A stretch of 63,433 nt of DNA, the filler included, from Sphacelaria rigidula (taxonomy: Eukaryota), in the NCBI GenBank assembly GCA_964200075.2. It is 11 parts of 11 records of this genome, joined end to end, with 100 filler letters (N's around TTAATTAATTAA, not from the genome) between each part and the next. Parts side by side here need not be neighbours in the genome. Positions count along the whole stretch, not along the records: positions 34,657 to 40,332 come from CAXNAA020025344.1; positions 40,433 to 46,108 come from CAXNAA020025345.1; positions 46,209 to 51,883 come from CAXNAA020025346.1; 8 more parts are not named here. The stretch is one strand, 5' to 3'. Both the position numbers and the translations under genes were made by a program. Positions 34,657 through 47,006 of the stretch are shown here, in pieces; the first letter of the stretch is position 1; each line of letters begins with the position of its first letter. Below the pieces are notes generated by a model. The model was given only the letters and a program-made list of their open reading frames with translations, did not search any database and was not told the DNA's origin.

Positions 34657-37600
34657 TCGCACTTTAACTGACCCCCCAGGGGTCAAGACGTGGTCTCATA
34701 AAAGACGTACCAAAAAAAAACAAAAATGAAACACGCTCTGAGGAAAAAAAAAAAAAAGGAACAGAAAAAAAACAGGAGCATAAAAAAAAAGGGTCGGGCA
34801 AAATGACGTAGCAGACTAAGTCGTGACAAAAAAAGTAATAAAAATTCAACGCAAGCAGTACTGTTAGCGAAATACTTGACGTGTGACAACCCATCAATCA
34901 ATCAACGGAATACCCTGCAAGAACGGGAGCCCAGAACTTTGCAAGGTGCTTCTGCGGGCCATTGGGATCCTATTCGCACGTCAACTCGGCATATGCTGCT
35001 CCACCCCATCTTTCATCCCCTTGGAAGAAAAAAATCAAACAAACGGCACAGCCGAAATGGACCCACCTTGACAGGTCTGCGTGTCCGCTTGCAAGACCAG
35101 CAAATCCCAGCCCCACCATGGAGGTGTAAACAGCAAACGACGAAAGCTGTCCTGCCTACGCACGGAGAAAAATCGAACCCGGAAAGAGCATCGCAGACGC
35201 TTTTGAGACAACAAGGTTTGCAGGTCGACCTGGAATTAATCTGATGCTGCAAGTTTCTCTCCCCTGTTCATTCCCTTTCCTCGTGTTTTCAGTTTGCCCT
35301 GCGTATTATTTCCACTCTGTTTTCATATTTGCCCCCTTTTATCGAGTTCCCTTGAGCAAGAACTCCCGATTATGCGTACTGAGTACGTCCACTGTGACCA
35401 GGGGTGCATTCGTAGCGTACCACTTGAAGTGCGACAATCAACCAACCAATCAATACCGTGCGTTGATTCCATCGGTGTGAATTCTTCCGTGCACGAGGCA
35501 TCGTTATCCTTTTAGCTACAGCGGAGTAGCCCGATAACACCGCCGTAGCTAGGGGGTGACGTGATTGTTACCTCCTCATGACTCGAGCGTAATAAGCCTT
35601 GAGCCCGTCATTCACCAATCCCCCGTTTGTCACAGCTACACTCGCCCCAGTCACTGCTCATTAGCAGGGCTCTTCGACTCCCCGTACACGTCGTCTACCC
35701 ACACGCTCCGTGTACTCCACATTAAATTAGGAATCTATTACTCGTGGGTCAAGATGACTCGTAACCGCTGTAGGCGTGTCCCTCTGCATGTTCAAGATCT
35801 GCCCTTGCAACACACAGACACCGCAGTTAAGGTGTGACACTATCTCCCGTCATTGAGGCGCTGCGTCGCTCCGAGAAATCCGGTGAATGATGTGGACAAT
35901 TGACTTACTTCAGCTCATATCAATGGCTATGTTCCGCGGAAGGTATCGAGCTGTCCGATGGAGTATCATGAGTGTGGAAAGTCCTTCATCTCTGCAGCTA
36001 TCAGTACCTATTACCGGTGAATATCTCGGATTGTGTTGGGGTTGCGTCCCACGCGCGTGCCGCTCACCCCGCCCCCCCGGTGCTTGCCGTTTCTCATTCG
36101 TGGTGGCTGTGTGCTCTGAGTGGAGTGCGCGGTTTTTAGCACAAGCAGTGTTCAAATCAGCCTGTCTTGCCTGCACACGGCTGCGCGGCAGTCGTGCGTA
36201 CTCTAGGACGGGTGAAAATTGATCACGCTAGCGTCCAATCGATTGACGTGGCTACCACGACAAGTGCTGAAGAAGAGCCAGAACCGGTTTCTCTGTGTCA
36301 GCAAACGTAATACCGACAGCGTGCGCTTGACTGAGGTGCTCAAGTCGTCACAAGCTCGCCTCGCGTCCTGATTGAAGACACAATACAGAATAAAAAAAAA
36401 GACCCCAAGGGGACCAAAATCGTCGTGAGACGGCGTGAATAACTCGGGTTCGGGAGGCAGTTGCTGCTGGCGCCGACGTGGCGGGAGCAGCTGGTGGGCT
36501 GAACGGCATTGATCCAGCGGCGGTCGTTTTCGATAGAAACGTTCTGAGATCAGCACGGTTCGCGGGTATAAGAGGGGTTAGTCTTAGGGCTCGGCGGTCC
36601 ATCGGGGCTTGGCAGCGTTCGACTGGGAGACGGGGTCAAAGACCTGCGAGAAAGTGCAGGAAGTGCATCAGGTGCATATCCTCGTGGTGTAAGACAGAAA
36701 GTGATCGATGTGGGTAGTCTTGTCTGGACTTTGATGCTGCTGTAGGGGGTGCTTTCGCGGATGTGCTGTAATAGATGCTGAGAGTGATGGCAATCATGGG
36801 GGTCTGACGTTTTTAAAACAAACGATCTATCAGATCAAGCGTTTTCGAAAAAGCTGAGGGGGCTACATGGCGAAGGACCACGTTAGCTCACCTTTCTTTG
36901 CATGGTTCACACATGGACGTTCACGACATATGTACGTGTCCAAGGCTGCTCCATGGAGTCCACTACAAGGCTAGCGAAGTTGGAATTTCACAGAGGGCTA
37001 GCGCGAAAGTGGTATAGCAGCTTTTGCTAGTAACGAATGATGACCATGTGAGCATGCAGGTCGTTCCCAGATGTGGATCGCCATCGCTTGCGCGGTCGCA
37101 AGTGGAGAATCATTACTCCCCGACCACTGTTGGAGCTATTGCGGCGTGGCTTAAGAAATCCAGTGTCATATGGCACAAAGCAGGCATCGACCCTCAGATT
37201 ACTTTTATTGTTGTCGAGAATGTCGCTGCTGAAATATATGTTAACGGGTATGGTGTGTCAGACATGGTGGTCACAATGGCAATTATGCCCTTTTCACCTC
37301 CCGAGTATAACACCGTTCTAGATCTCATGCGCTACTCTATTATGGGTGCGCCTGACCCCTCAAAATGGACAAAAAAGTGTCACTGACCAAATTCACGAAC
37401 AGACACGAACAGACCGAGTCTTGGGCCTTATCCAGGCTTGTGGGGTAGAATGTGCCTTACGTCATCGGAAGAGAACGACATGAATCCAAAATTCATCTCG
37501 AAAAAAAGTGGGCTGCATTCTAAAATCTGAACCCTATCGTGATTTCTCTTCTTGTTCCTCATATATTGCATGTCACTACGCCGCTTTTCGTCCGCGCTTG

Positions 37601-38194
37601 AGATAGGCTGGAATGTCAGGAGGCTGGTTGGGTTGACCCAACCCAACGCACACCGAGAACCCTCGGGCAAGGGCGGTACATACATTCCCTACACATAGTG
37701 AGGCCATGGTAGACCCCTAATCGGCGCCTGTGGCGCCGATTTCAACGAAAACACGTTCTGCGCACGCGAGGAGCACACTGGATTGTCAGCCCTACTAAAA
37801 TTCCGATTCTCGTTGTATACACTGAAATCAAGTAATATCAACCATGAACATATGTAGCCCAACGCCGGTAACTGAAACCAGGACGCTAAACTAATTTGGG
37901 GGGGGGATGCGGATCGAAACTGGGCCAACATCATGTGCTCAACATGCGACAGAGCCATATGTACCGATGAACTTCAACGAGGACGGCCCTTGCACAGACG
38001 AGTGGAATACGAACAGTCGCTGGGTGTGTGATGTGAGCTGGGCGGATGTTCGTCGACCACCTCGTCATGTTTTGAGGAGCTTAATGTATCGTATGCCCTC
38101 GTTCCACAATGTTTGGCGGATGAATTACTCGCCTTGTGCAATTGTATTTGTTATTTCGTGGGCATGGCATTTCATTTCACGAATATGATATTAA

Positions 38195-38293
38195 CCCTTC
38201 GACCGCGAGGGTTGGTCACCTGCTGAAGCGGCATCAATTTTCACTTGAGAAAAGTATGCATAGCGCAGATGGACTGCCCCCGCGGTCTAGGAG
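38195..38293. mobile_element. piggyBac-type mini-MITE
   Basis: TTAA|CCCTTCGACCGCG...CGCGGTCTAGGAG|TTAA: TTAA on both sides and imperfect 13-bp TIRs. Confidence 0.6.
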
Positions 38294-39625
38294 TTAATCA
38301 AACTCCAAAGATATTGTGTTCCAGCAGGGAATAAAAACAAACCGTCGTCCGTCACCCACCAGTGACGATATAACAGACGCGTGCCTTAGGACGGGTAGGT
38401 CCACTGAAAGACATGAATGGGGCTCCGGTGCCATGTGGCTTCAGCAAAAGTGGGCCGACGACTTTATGCTGTCTTTTGTGCCGTCTTGACGCAGTATAGT
38501 TCATCATTCGGGAGGGTAAGTTGGTCCATCTTGATTTTAGTGTGGACACCGAAATCCGAATCTCTCATGGGGGCTGTGCTCCTAGCATGCTCCTAGCATG
38601 ATCCTGGCGTACCCAGAACGCGTTCTTGTCTAAATCGGCGCCTGGGGCGCCGATTTGAGGTCTGGCAACGCACACTTTGCCTAGGGAACACGTTGCACCC
38701 CCGTTGCCCGAGGATTCTCGGTATGCCTTCGTTGTGGTTGTGGTCAGGTTGAGTGTTGGTGTTATAACATGTTTGCTTCGCTGCTGCAAGGTCGCGAAGA
38801 TGATTCTTGCTTTCGTTCGTGCGACTCATTGTCATGTTCTTGACGGCTGTTGGAGCGTGTTGTCATTGCGTTCAAGATATTGCTCTTCTCTTCTTGAACA
38901 CCAGCTTGCTCTGTGGCTTTCTTTTCTCCTTCAGTTTGCCCATAGTTGCCGCCAGGTGAGATCGTATACTAAGCTACGCTATCGATGGTGGCGTGGTGAT
39001 GGCACTGGGTGCAGGAGAACAAGTCATACTCTTGCCACTGACACGAGCGATGCACAGACGGGGGTGAATGTCTCGCAGGCATTGCTTCCGGGGGTTCGGT
39101 CGAAGGTTCGAATTCTACACCTGTCGAACAGTCCACTCACCCGATGTATCAACCATCTGCACTATCAAGAGTCATTCATGGGTGTTATCTATTCTGAGGC
39201 CGTTGGACAGGGGTGAGGTTTTCGCGTATCGTGGAAATCGGCGGGGGTTGGAGGCGCTTGCTTGCGCTTATAATTCAAACTGTTGCCCCGATAACTCATC
39301 GCCAAGGCCATCGATTGGGATGCGATTCTCTACATCATCTGCGTTAAGACGACAGCCACAACTTGACCAGATGACGTTTTTTTCTTCATCCCATCAGAAT
39401 CGCACTTTGAATAACGAATTAAGTGGAAAAAACATGTTTTTTATGCGATTTTCTCTATCACTATACCTTCTTTGGTAAAATCATCAGGTCAGATTGTAGC
39501 TTGGACAAATACACGCCGGTGAGTAGCCGAGGCACGCCATGGTTCGTAACCCGGGACGACGACAATGAGAAATCGTCAAGTGGAAACCCCTCTCAAATCA
39601 CAAGTACTGTGGGGGAGTTCACGGC

Positions 39626-40245
39626 GTGGATAATCAGGGGATGAACGAGATCTCCGGTCTGTTCGTGTTCTCGGTCGGTGACACTTATTTTGCCCATGTT
39701 GGGGGAGGTCAGGAGCACCATATCCGCGGGGAACGATGTTTTGCAAGCACCAATGAGGGCTGCTGTCCGGAGGAGCTTTCGTCCCTGAAACAGTCTGGAA
39801 AGGAGAGTGGTAATCGCGCGCTGTTTGCTGCGGCGGGCTGTGGCACTAGCCGTGGGCGCGGCGAGGGCAGCGGCAGGGGGCAAGGCAATCGCTCCGGCCC
39901 ATCCACTAAGACCAATAACAACGGATCAACATATATGCCTGCTTCAACGACAGTCCCGAAACAAGGGATATGTACCCGCTGTACAACCGTCGGAAAATGG
40001 GGATACTTCAACTGCGGAGAGGTTGGGCACATCAGCAGATACTGTCCGAACAACAGGTGCAAGATATGTGGCCAGTGGGGTCACGTTGTGGCTGATTGCC
40101 GAAGACCAGCAACGGCAGTCTAGCAGTGCAAGAGGTCCGATTCGATCACATCTATGGGGCCTTCTTGGCGCAAGTGACAACAGGCGAGATTGTATCGTTG
40201 ATCGGGGGAGAGTGGAGGGTTGCCTTAGCGCAAGCAGAGAGTGAG
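39626..40245 (+). mobile_element. LTR-retrotransposon (Copia-like) gag C-terminus with zinc knuckles, degenerate
   Basis: RALFAA followed by a Gly/Arg-rich linker, then YFNCGEVGHISRYC (first Cys lost) and CKICGQWGHVVADC (CX2CX4HX4C). An in-frame stop lies at 40121-40123. Confidence 0.7.
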
Positions 40246-40332
40246 GGGGGGGGGGGGGGGGGGGGGGAGGGTCGGGGTGGGCAAGGGGGGGGTGGGCTGT
40301 GGCCGGCGTCCGTTTGGAACTGAAGACACAGG

Positions 40333-40432
40333 NNNNNNNNNNNNNNNNNNNNNNNNNNNNNNNNNNNNNNNNNNNNTTAATTAATTAANNNNNNNNNNNN
40401 NNNNNNNNNNNNNNNNNNNNNNNNNNNNNNNN
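40333..40432. other. Artificial scaffold spacer
   Basis: N44-TTAATTAATTAA-N44. Confidence 0.97.
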
Positions 40433-42234
40433 AATCAAGCAAACCAACCGCAGCACTTGGATGACGATGGAGTAAAAATTTGCAGAGACACCGACCCGAC
40501 CCCTTGGCTTTGCGAAAAAAAAAAGACGAGGAAAGAAGATACTTCCCCCCGCCCCCGCCCCCCGCCCGCACTCGACCATTATCCTCGAGAAACAAAAACA
40601 AAAGCCAGAAGACTCTCGAACCGATCTCGTCGTGTGTACAGCATGCACGTGTGTGTATGAATATTCTTTCCTTGAAGGAAGAGGGAACCTCACCCAACAC
40701 TTACCCCGCAAGCGGGTTCGTGTGACGTTTACCCGGGGGCTCGGTTAGACTGCCTTGCGGCACTCATGTGAGGTAGGCGCCTCCAGCGTTCGCAAGCTTT
40801 GCGCAAAGCAGTGCGGGGCTCCGACCCACTACAATAACATCCCCTGTCAACCTGGTGCAGTGCATGCGCCGCCCTACGCTCATTAACTTCCGGCCCTAGG
40901 TGTCTTTTGGTGTGTGTTCGTACGCATCGTGTGTATGTTTCCGTTTGTTTTCGATTTTATCGTCATAATCCATAATCATCCCCTTCCTCAGGACGAGTCC
41001 GAGGCCTCTCGACGGCTCAATCTATCCTTCCCCTGATCTTATGACTATGGCATGCATGATCGTGAGTACACCCTCCTCTGGTATGTACCGTAGCGTCGGT
41101 GTACTTTATACGGACGGGGTATACCACCCTGTCCCGGAATAAGCCGCCGCGCCCCCGCGGCCTAATTGGCACGAGCTGTAACCACGTTGGCCGGAAGGAA
41201 AAAATGCGTGCTTGACCTCTTGACAAATGCAATTGTTTTCTGTTTCCCCTGGGGAAGTATCTCATTTTCCGTCTTCGATAGGATGAGAGAAGCGATACAC
41301 ACATGTATTTATTTGATTGGTGCACATTCACTGATCCTCGAAGGATCCGGTCGTGGTCATTAGATTGACCGTACAATATCCAAGGTTATAAAAAAAGAGG
41401 CATTGACTGAAGGAAAAAAAAAGGACACAAATGAGAAAAAAAAAGAGATCAATCGAACAAACGGAGTGGACTGAAGAAGAAAAGAAAGACAGTAGAGACG
41501 AAAGCGAAAACAAAGAAGAGAAAGGAATGGCATGGAAGAGAATGGAAAGGAGTGCGAGAAAAATATATGTCAAATGTGTATGAAAAAAAATAGAATGTAA
41601 AAAAAAAAAAACGAACGAAGGGGGTAAACCGAAAAGAAAATAAGTAAATAGTTGAAAACAATCAAACAAAAAACAAAAATAGAAACATGGCGGGAAAAGG
41701 GACGGAATGAAGATGGAGATGAACAAGAACAAGAACCTACAGCTGAAACTGAAATGAAACCAAAATAAAAAAGAATGTCCTGGCTCGTGCTGTATTGCAT
41801 ATGACATTCCCAGAATCGTCATCATCCTGTCGGCCGAGTGTTCATGTCTTGCATGTTCACCTACACCGTGCACTTTTTGCTCGCTATAATAAGTCCTTTC
41901 GTCTTTCCTTTCTGTAGCTGTTGCTTCTGTCTTTTTCTGCTCTTTTTCTTCTTTCTTTCTTCTTCTGCTCTTCTTTTGCTGTTCCTGACCACGGGCTGGA
42001 TTGTTGCAATCAGCTCATTTGATATGATCAATCAATCAATCAATCAATAAGCATGGCGGGCCCTTTCGGTATTGGGTCGACTGTGGTAATACCTGAATGA
42101 AAACCAGTGTGTTCAGTAGCCGCGACCCAATCAAAACAAACGACAGCGGTGCGCGAATAGATAGGCCCGTTTCCATTTCGACTTCCGCGCATCATGGTGT
42201 TGCTCATGCCCTCCTGATTCGATTTCGGTCAACT

Positions 42235-42554
42235 ACAGCACCTTCTGATGGATAGGTGGTGGGTTCGAATCTCGGTGCAGTCACACGATTTGTTTTGTTC
42301 TCACATCATGCCCAACAGTTGAGAGCGATTATGTCGTGAGTACACAAAATTTGACTTCACGGTCGACGAGGGAGAAGGAACGCTGAGCCCCTTTCGCGTT
42401 AAAAAAAAGGAAGGCAAGCACCGCAGAAGGAAGGTGAGGTACTAAAAAAAAAACTCCTGTGTTGGCCTTCTTCCCGCGTGACCCCGGCTGATGTGCTCAC
42501 ATATACCGAAAGGTGTAGACTGCCGTCCAGAACAGAGGGGATGACCACACAACA
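42235..42554 (+). mobile_element. SINE family A, diverged copy
   Basis: B box GGTTCGAATC, with body matching 25721-26087. Confidence 0.8.
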
Positions 42555-42959
42555 GTGCCTTCCACGTAACTGAGGAAGGGCTGTCGTTAGGTCGAGCACG
42601 CCTGTGCCTGGGCCCTGAAAACGTTGTGGTGACACGCGAGGTTTTATGGCGAGGAACCTCTACATTTTCGACCGTGTACCGTGAGCTAGGTCCTGGGTTA
42701 ACTTGCTTGCCCAGTCACGGTTCGCTCCTTCGCTCATTGTGCTATACAGACAAAGACTTGCCCGGAACAAAAAAGAGGATTGACTCGTCTCAGAGATCAT
42801 TTTCGCCAAAATATGGCACAGGGTCCATACATGGGGATGATTTTGCGCGAAGGGCGATCGATTACGGCCGAGCGTCGAAGATCGGCACCCGGCAAACACT
42901 GAGGATCTATTTAGAATCAGGCGGAGAACTAAAACATGGGACATGTCACGTTTCACTAG

Positions 42960-43264
42960 CCGCCGCGCCCAGGTCGTTCAATGGTCCGACTGTCGCCATT
43001 AGGGAGAGAACGAGGGTTCGATTCTCGATGCGTTGGGTTTTTTCTTCGTAATGTATGATTTCTACCGTGGAAAGCGTGAGAGCATGAGTAAAAAAAGTAG
43101 TTGACTGAGTTTGCTTGACGTGAGTTGACGCGGTGCGGGAGTGCTGACCCAATCCGCGAGACCCGAATGCACGGCGTGTACCGGGGAGATATGGGTTGAT
43201 CTCTTGAGACCACGGACTCGTCCCGAGGAAGGGGGGGGTTCGAAGTGCGACAATAAAAATAAAA
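42960..43264 (+). mobile_element. tRNA-derived SINE, family B
   Basis: tRNA-like head with B box GGTTCGATTC. 3' end gaccacggactcgtcccgaggaagggggggttcgaagtgcgacaa plus an A-rich tail. Other copies at 3626-3927 (-) and 56265-56340 (3' end only). Confidence 0.7.
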
Positions 43265-46108
43265 CTGTACTGCAGCACAAACACACCCACGTCCGCTCTT
43301 GTGTGCTGTAGCTATCACTGTTCTGTAGTGTGTTTACACCTTGCGAAGACGGTTTGGTCTCCATTGAGATTGCCTGGGCTGCTATATCGTTGTCTTCGTC
43401 TCTCTGTAAAATATAGTATCAGTCGGGACGCAGTGCCGTCTACACACTTGACTGTTGAAAACTTGATGTTACCCACACCCATCATTGGCGCGATACCGAA
43501 CATGGCTGGGTAAAGACACACAACCAGCGCCGGTATACACCGCTCGACCGGCTGGGTCAGACCCCGTGCTCCGATGAAAGGAGCAATCCACAGCATAGTA
43601 CAGATATACTGCACCGCAGGGTACTGCTTGTACCCGTCAGCATGGCGGCGACTGCGCTGGCATGAGCGCCAGCGCTGGCGGCCACGGAAAGACACAACCA
43701 GCCACACTAAGATGGGGATATACCGATACACGAGCATCGCAATAACCCTCTGCGACGGCAACAAACCACTCGCTGTCTGCTTGTCTGCTTGCAGCTTTGT
43801 TTCTCTCTTGCTGCTCTATCCGTCTCGGCACTACTGTACAGGTGTGACTCGAGTTTGCGAGCCAATCACAAGCATTTTTTACTCCATGATTCACAACGAC
43901 GGTCGCATTTCATTGGCGCTAGATTCTGCCGATTCCTCACTGAAGGGCCTCTGATTGGTTGAATTTCGCATTTCACTACAAAAATCCACCCCCATGTATG
44001 GCCGTTGTGCCCAAAATATTGGGTTAGATACGACTCTACGTACGCGGTAATCACGCGCCCTGAAATCCCAAAGGCATGGGAGTATACAGATGTCGCGCGA
44101 ACCAGCGGCGATCTAGATATTGTGCCTACTGGCGAAAGAAGAGAGCACGGGGAGCTCCACAGTTTCTAGGTAACTTCACAGTTGATAAAGCTTGCACACG
44201 GGCGTTCCGATATTGCGGAAAACAGTGTAGGCTTGTACGAGTTGTCCTCTTCCCGAGGCAAGAAAAAGTCCGTATTCTGTAATTGATACTACTGTACTGT
44301 GTATATTTTTAGTGTCACGTGACACAACACCCCCGATGTGCCAACGTACAACATACACCAGCCAAGGGTACGGCGCAAGAGAGGAGATACACCTACTTCA
44401 AAAGCCCGTACTTTTACACCCCTCGAGCCAAAGTTAGCCGACAGCGAGATGAGGGGCTCGATTCGTACCTGAGGGGTGGTGTTCCTCTCTGTCACCGACA
44501 TCAAAAGTGCAGTACCGTACCAGACGGAGAACAGCACAGCGTGTGCAAAAAAAATGCGATGGCAAGGGGGCGCGATTTTCTGGTTCAGAAATATGAAAGC
44601 ACTATGCTGCAAACGTCGGGCTCTACCATCATCGAGCGTCTTCGAGTTCTACCATCACCATCATCTAACAAGAGTGAGACATCGCCCTGGGCCACGATAC
44701 GAGACACCCGCTGCGTCGGCAGGCAGTGTGGATATCGGATACGACATCGCACACATACACTGTGGTGCAGTACGGATAATATATCGCGAAACTGAGCGTA
44801 GATCCACGCCGTGGGTGCGGGTGTTCTTTTAACATGCCTGGTTGCATCTTCCGCGCGGCTGTCGCTAGCGCAGAATGAAGGGGCAACCTCGCCTCCGGTC
44901 TTCTCCCCCCCAACAGTTACTCGTGATCGTTGCACGCCCTCTGCTGCTGCTGCGCTGGCCGTTGCTTCGTCTAGGTTGTACGGTGGTGGAGGATCCGAGT
45001 TGCAGGATGCCATGGTTGTGTCGGTAACATCAACCTCGGATGAATCGCTCAGTACATCTTGTTGCAGATCTGACACACGTTGAATGCACTGCTCAGCGAT
45101 TAGAATACCCGCTGCAATGAATTGCGAAGAATATGGTCAAGAGTGGAACTAAACACGATACACAGAGACGACTGTATTGGACTACCTGCCAGACAAACCT
45201 TTACCCTGCTCTTCTTGGCGGTGGTATAAGCTGGTGTGGGTCGGTTTTTGACTTATACTCGATTCTCAGACCCGTAGCCATATGCGAATTGCTTTTGCGT
45301 GTTGTATACAGTGTATAATGTACTGTTGCATCGTGGGTTACACGCACAAAGAATCTCACTATATAAATATGAAATTAAGTCGGAGCTATAAGGCGATAGC
45401 ATCTTGATAATCCATGAATTTCTCACGGGTCAAGGTGACCTCGAAAACGGACGGAAACGCTGTTGAGTTGTGTGGACACCATCATTATTATTACTGTATT
45501 GCCGCACATTTGTCCGACCTCTCGAACCCGTGGTCATAGACCAAGTAGACTCGTCTTTCTAATTACGTCCCTGTTATTCCTTACAAGATACAGGATTTTC
45601 ATTCTTTCTTCTGAGACTCGAGACAAAAAGCACGAACAAAACAAACAAGATAACACCAGATAAAAGTAGGAAGAGAGGCGCCAAGAGAACAGTTAGTTGA
45701 GAAATAGCTTCCCTCGAGTTTATCGGGGTGATGAGGAAAGAAAACAAACCCTTCAGATCTTCCAACAAAGAGCAGCCGATTATCGAAATTAAGGACGGAG
45801 CTTTTCATTTATTACGATGAGAACCCGAAAATCGAGATCTTCACATCCACACGAAAACTTCGAAATATAGCTCTATTGTAGTTCCATTCCCCCACCTCCT
45901 GGTAGCTACTGACAAGCACTACTACACGTCATGCAAATTTGGATTTCGATAACCTAAATGTTGGGGTCCTAGATGAAGATTTTTTGGGGGGAATTTAGGT
46001 GATCTGATCGGATCGCCGAAATCCCCCGAAAGAGTCATCCTACGATAGGGGGGGGGGGGGGGGGGGGGGGGGTTTTTTTTGGGTGGGAGGGGGAAACGGC
46101 TGAAACCC

Positions 46109-46208
46109 NNNNNNNNNNNNNNNNNNNNNNNNNNNNNNNNNNNNNNNNNNNNTTAATTAATTAANNNNNNNNNNNNNNNNNNNNNNNNNNNNNNNNNNNN
46201 NNNNNNNN
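46109..46208. other. Artificial scaffold spacer
   Basis: N44-TTAATTAATTAA-N44. Confidence 0.97.
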
Positions 46209-46454
46209 CTCATTTTTAGCTGGCGTTAGTCAGTGGGCCATTGCCCCCGCATCCGTTCCGAGAGGGGGCGTGAGGGGGGGGGGGACACCAAAGCGATACC
46301 TCCATGCAACCGTACAATGTGATGGTATATGCCTGTAGCTTGTACGTCAACAGTGCTCACATAGTCGGAGCGCTGAGCGTATGGGTTCTGATGCACATCC
46401 GTTCACTCCCGTAGAAGGAGACCGACCTTACATTACTTCGTTGGGCGAGCAATG

Positions 46455-46820
46455 ATACGGTAGGGGTGCACTTTTTGCACGGAATCTTGTCTGGTTCAGG
46501 TGTTCCTAACGATTCAAGATGTACAAGAATATGGGTCAGGGCATCCCCATTTGCAACTTCAGACGGGATATCCCCAGCACATTGGAATAGTAATCCTGGC
46601 GTACTCTCACATATTTTCATAAGTCGTGTATTGTGGATGAGATACAGGGCTCCTAACAATTCTAACCTCAGAAAGTATTTGTGCACCCCCTACTGTAGCA
46701 TCACTCGGGCGACTTTAACTGGTGAATGCAGCAAAGCCTCGCTAGGGCCGAAGCTCTTAAGAGCAGGGCGGCGCGTGTACTGCGCCAAGTTGACAGGGGG
46801 TTTCAGTGGGAGCATCCCCC
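46455..46820. repeat. Dispersed repeat shared with 1-330 and 57759-57832
   Basis: 46748-46820 is the reverse complement of 57759-57832. 46461-46705 matches segments of 1-330. Confidence 0.7.
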
Positions 46821-47006
46821 AGACTGCCTTGAGCCACCGCTCGAGGCGCCTTCCCCACATGACTGCCGCGAGGTGGTCTAGCCGAGCCCCTGGGTAATAG
46901 GCACACGAATTCGCCAGCGATCGCCTGCGATCACTTGCGGGATAGGTGTTGGGTTGGGTTTCCTCCTTCCATCAAGGACAAAACAAACAAACGTGGGGGT
47001 GCTCAC

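Noticed and set aside
37024..38188. Short ORFs that might be viral or transposon-derived (also 58381-58584)
   Set aside because: No recognisable motif. A phaeovirus insertion cannot be supported without a database search.
41328..42050. Phe/Leu-rich membrane-protein-like ORFs (also 24315-24480 and 27994-28206)
   Set aside because: Translations of low-complexity A- or T-rich non-coding tracts.
44585..45115. Possible minus-strand exon (SDLQQDVLSDSSEVDV...)
   Set aside because: Coding-like, but I found no domain and no phase-linked neighbouring exon, so it is not supported enough to call.
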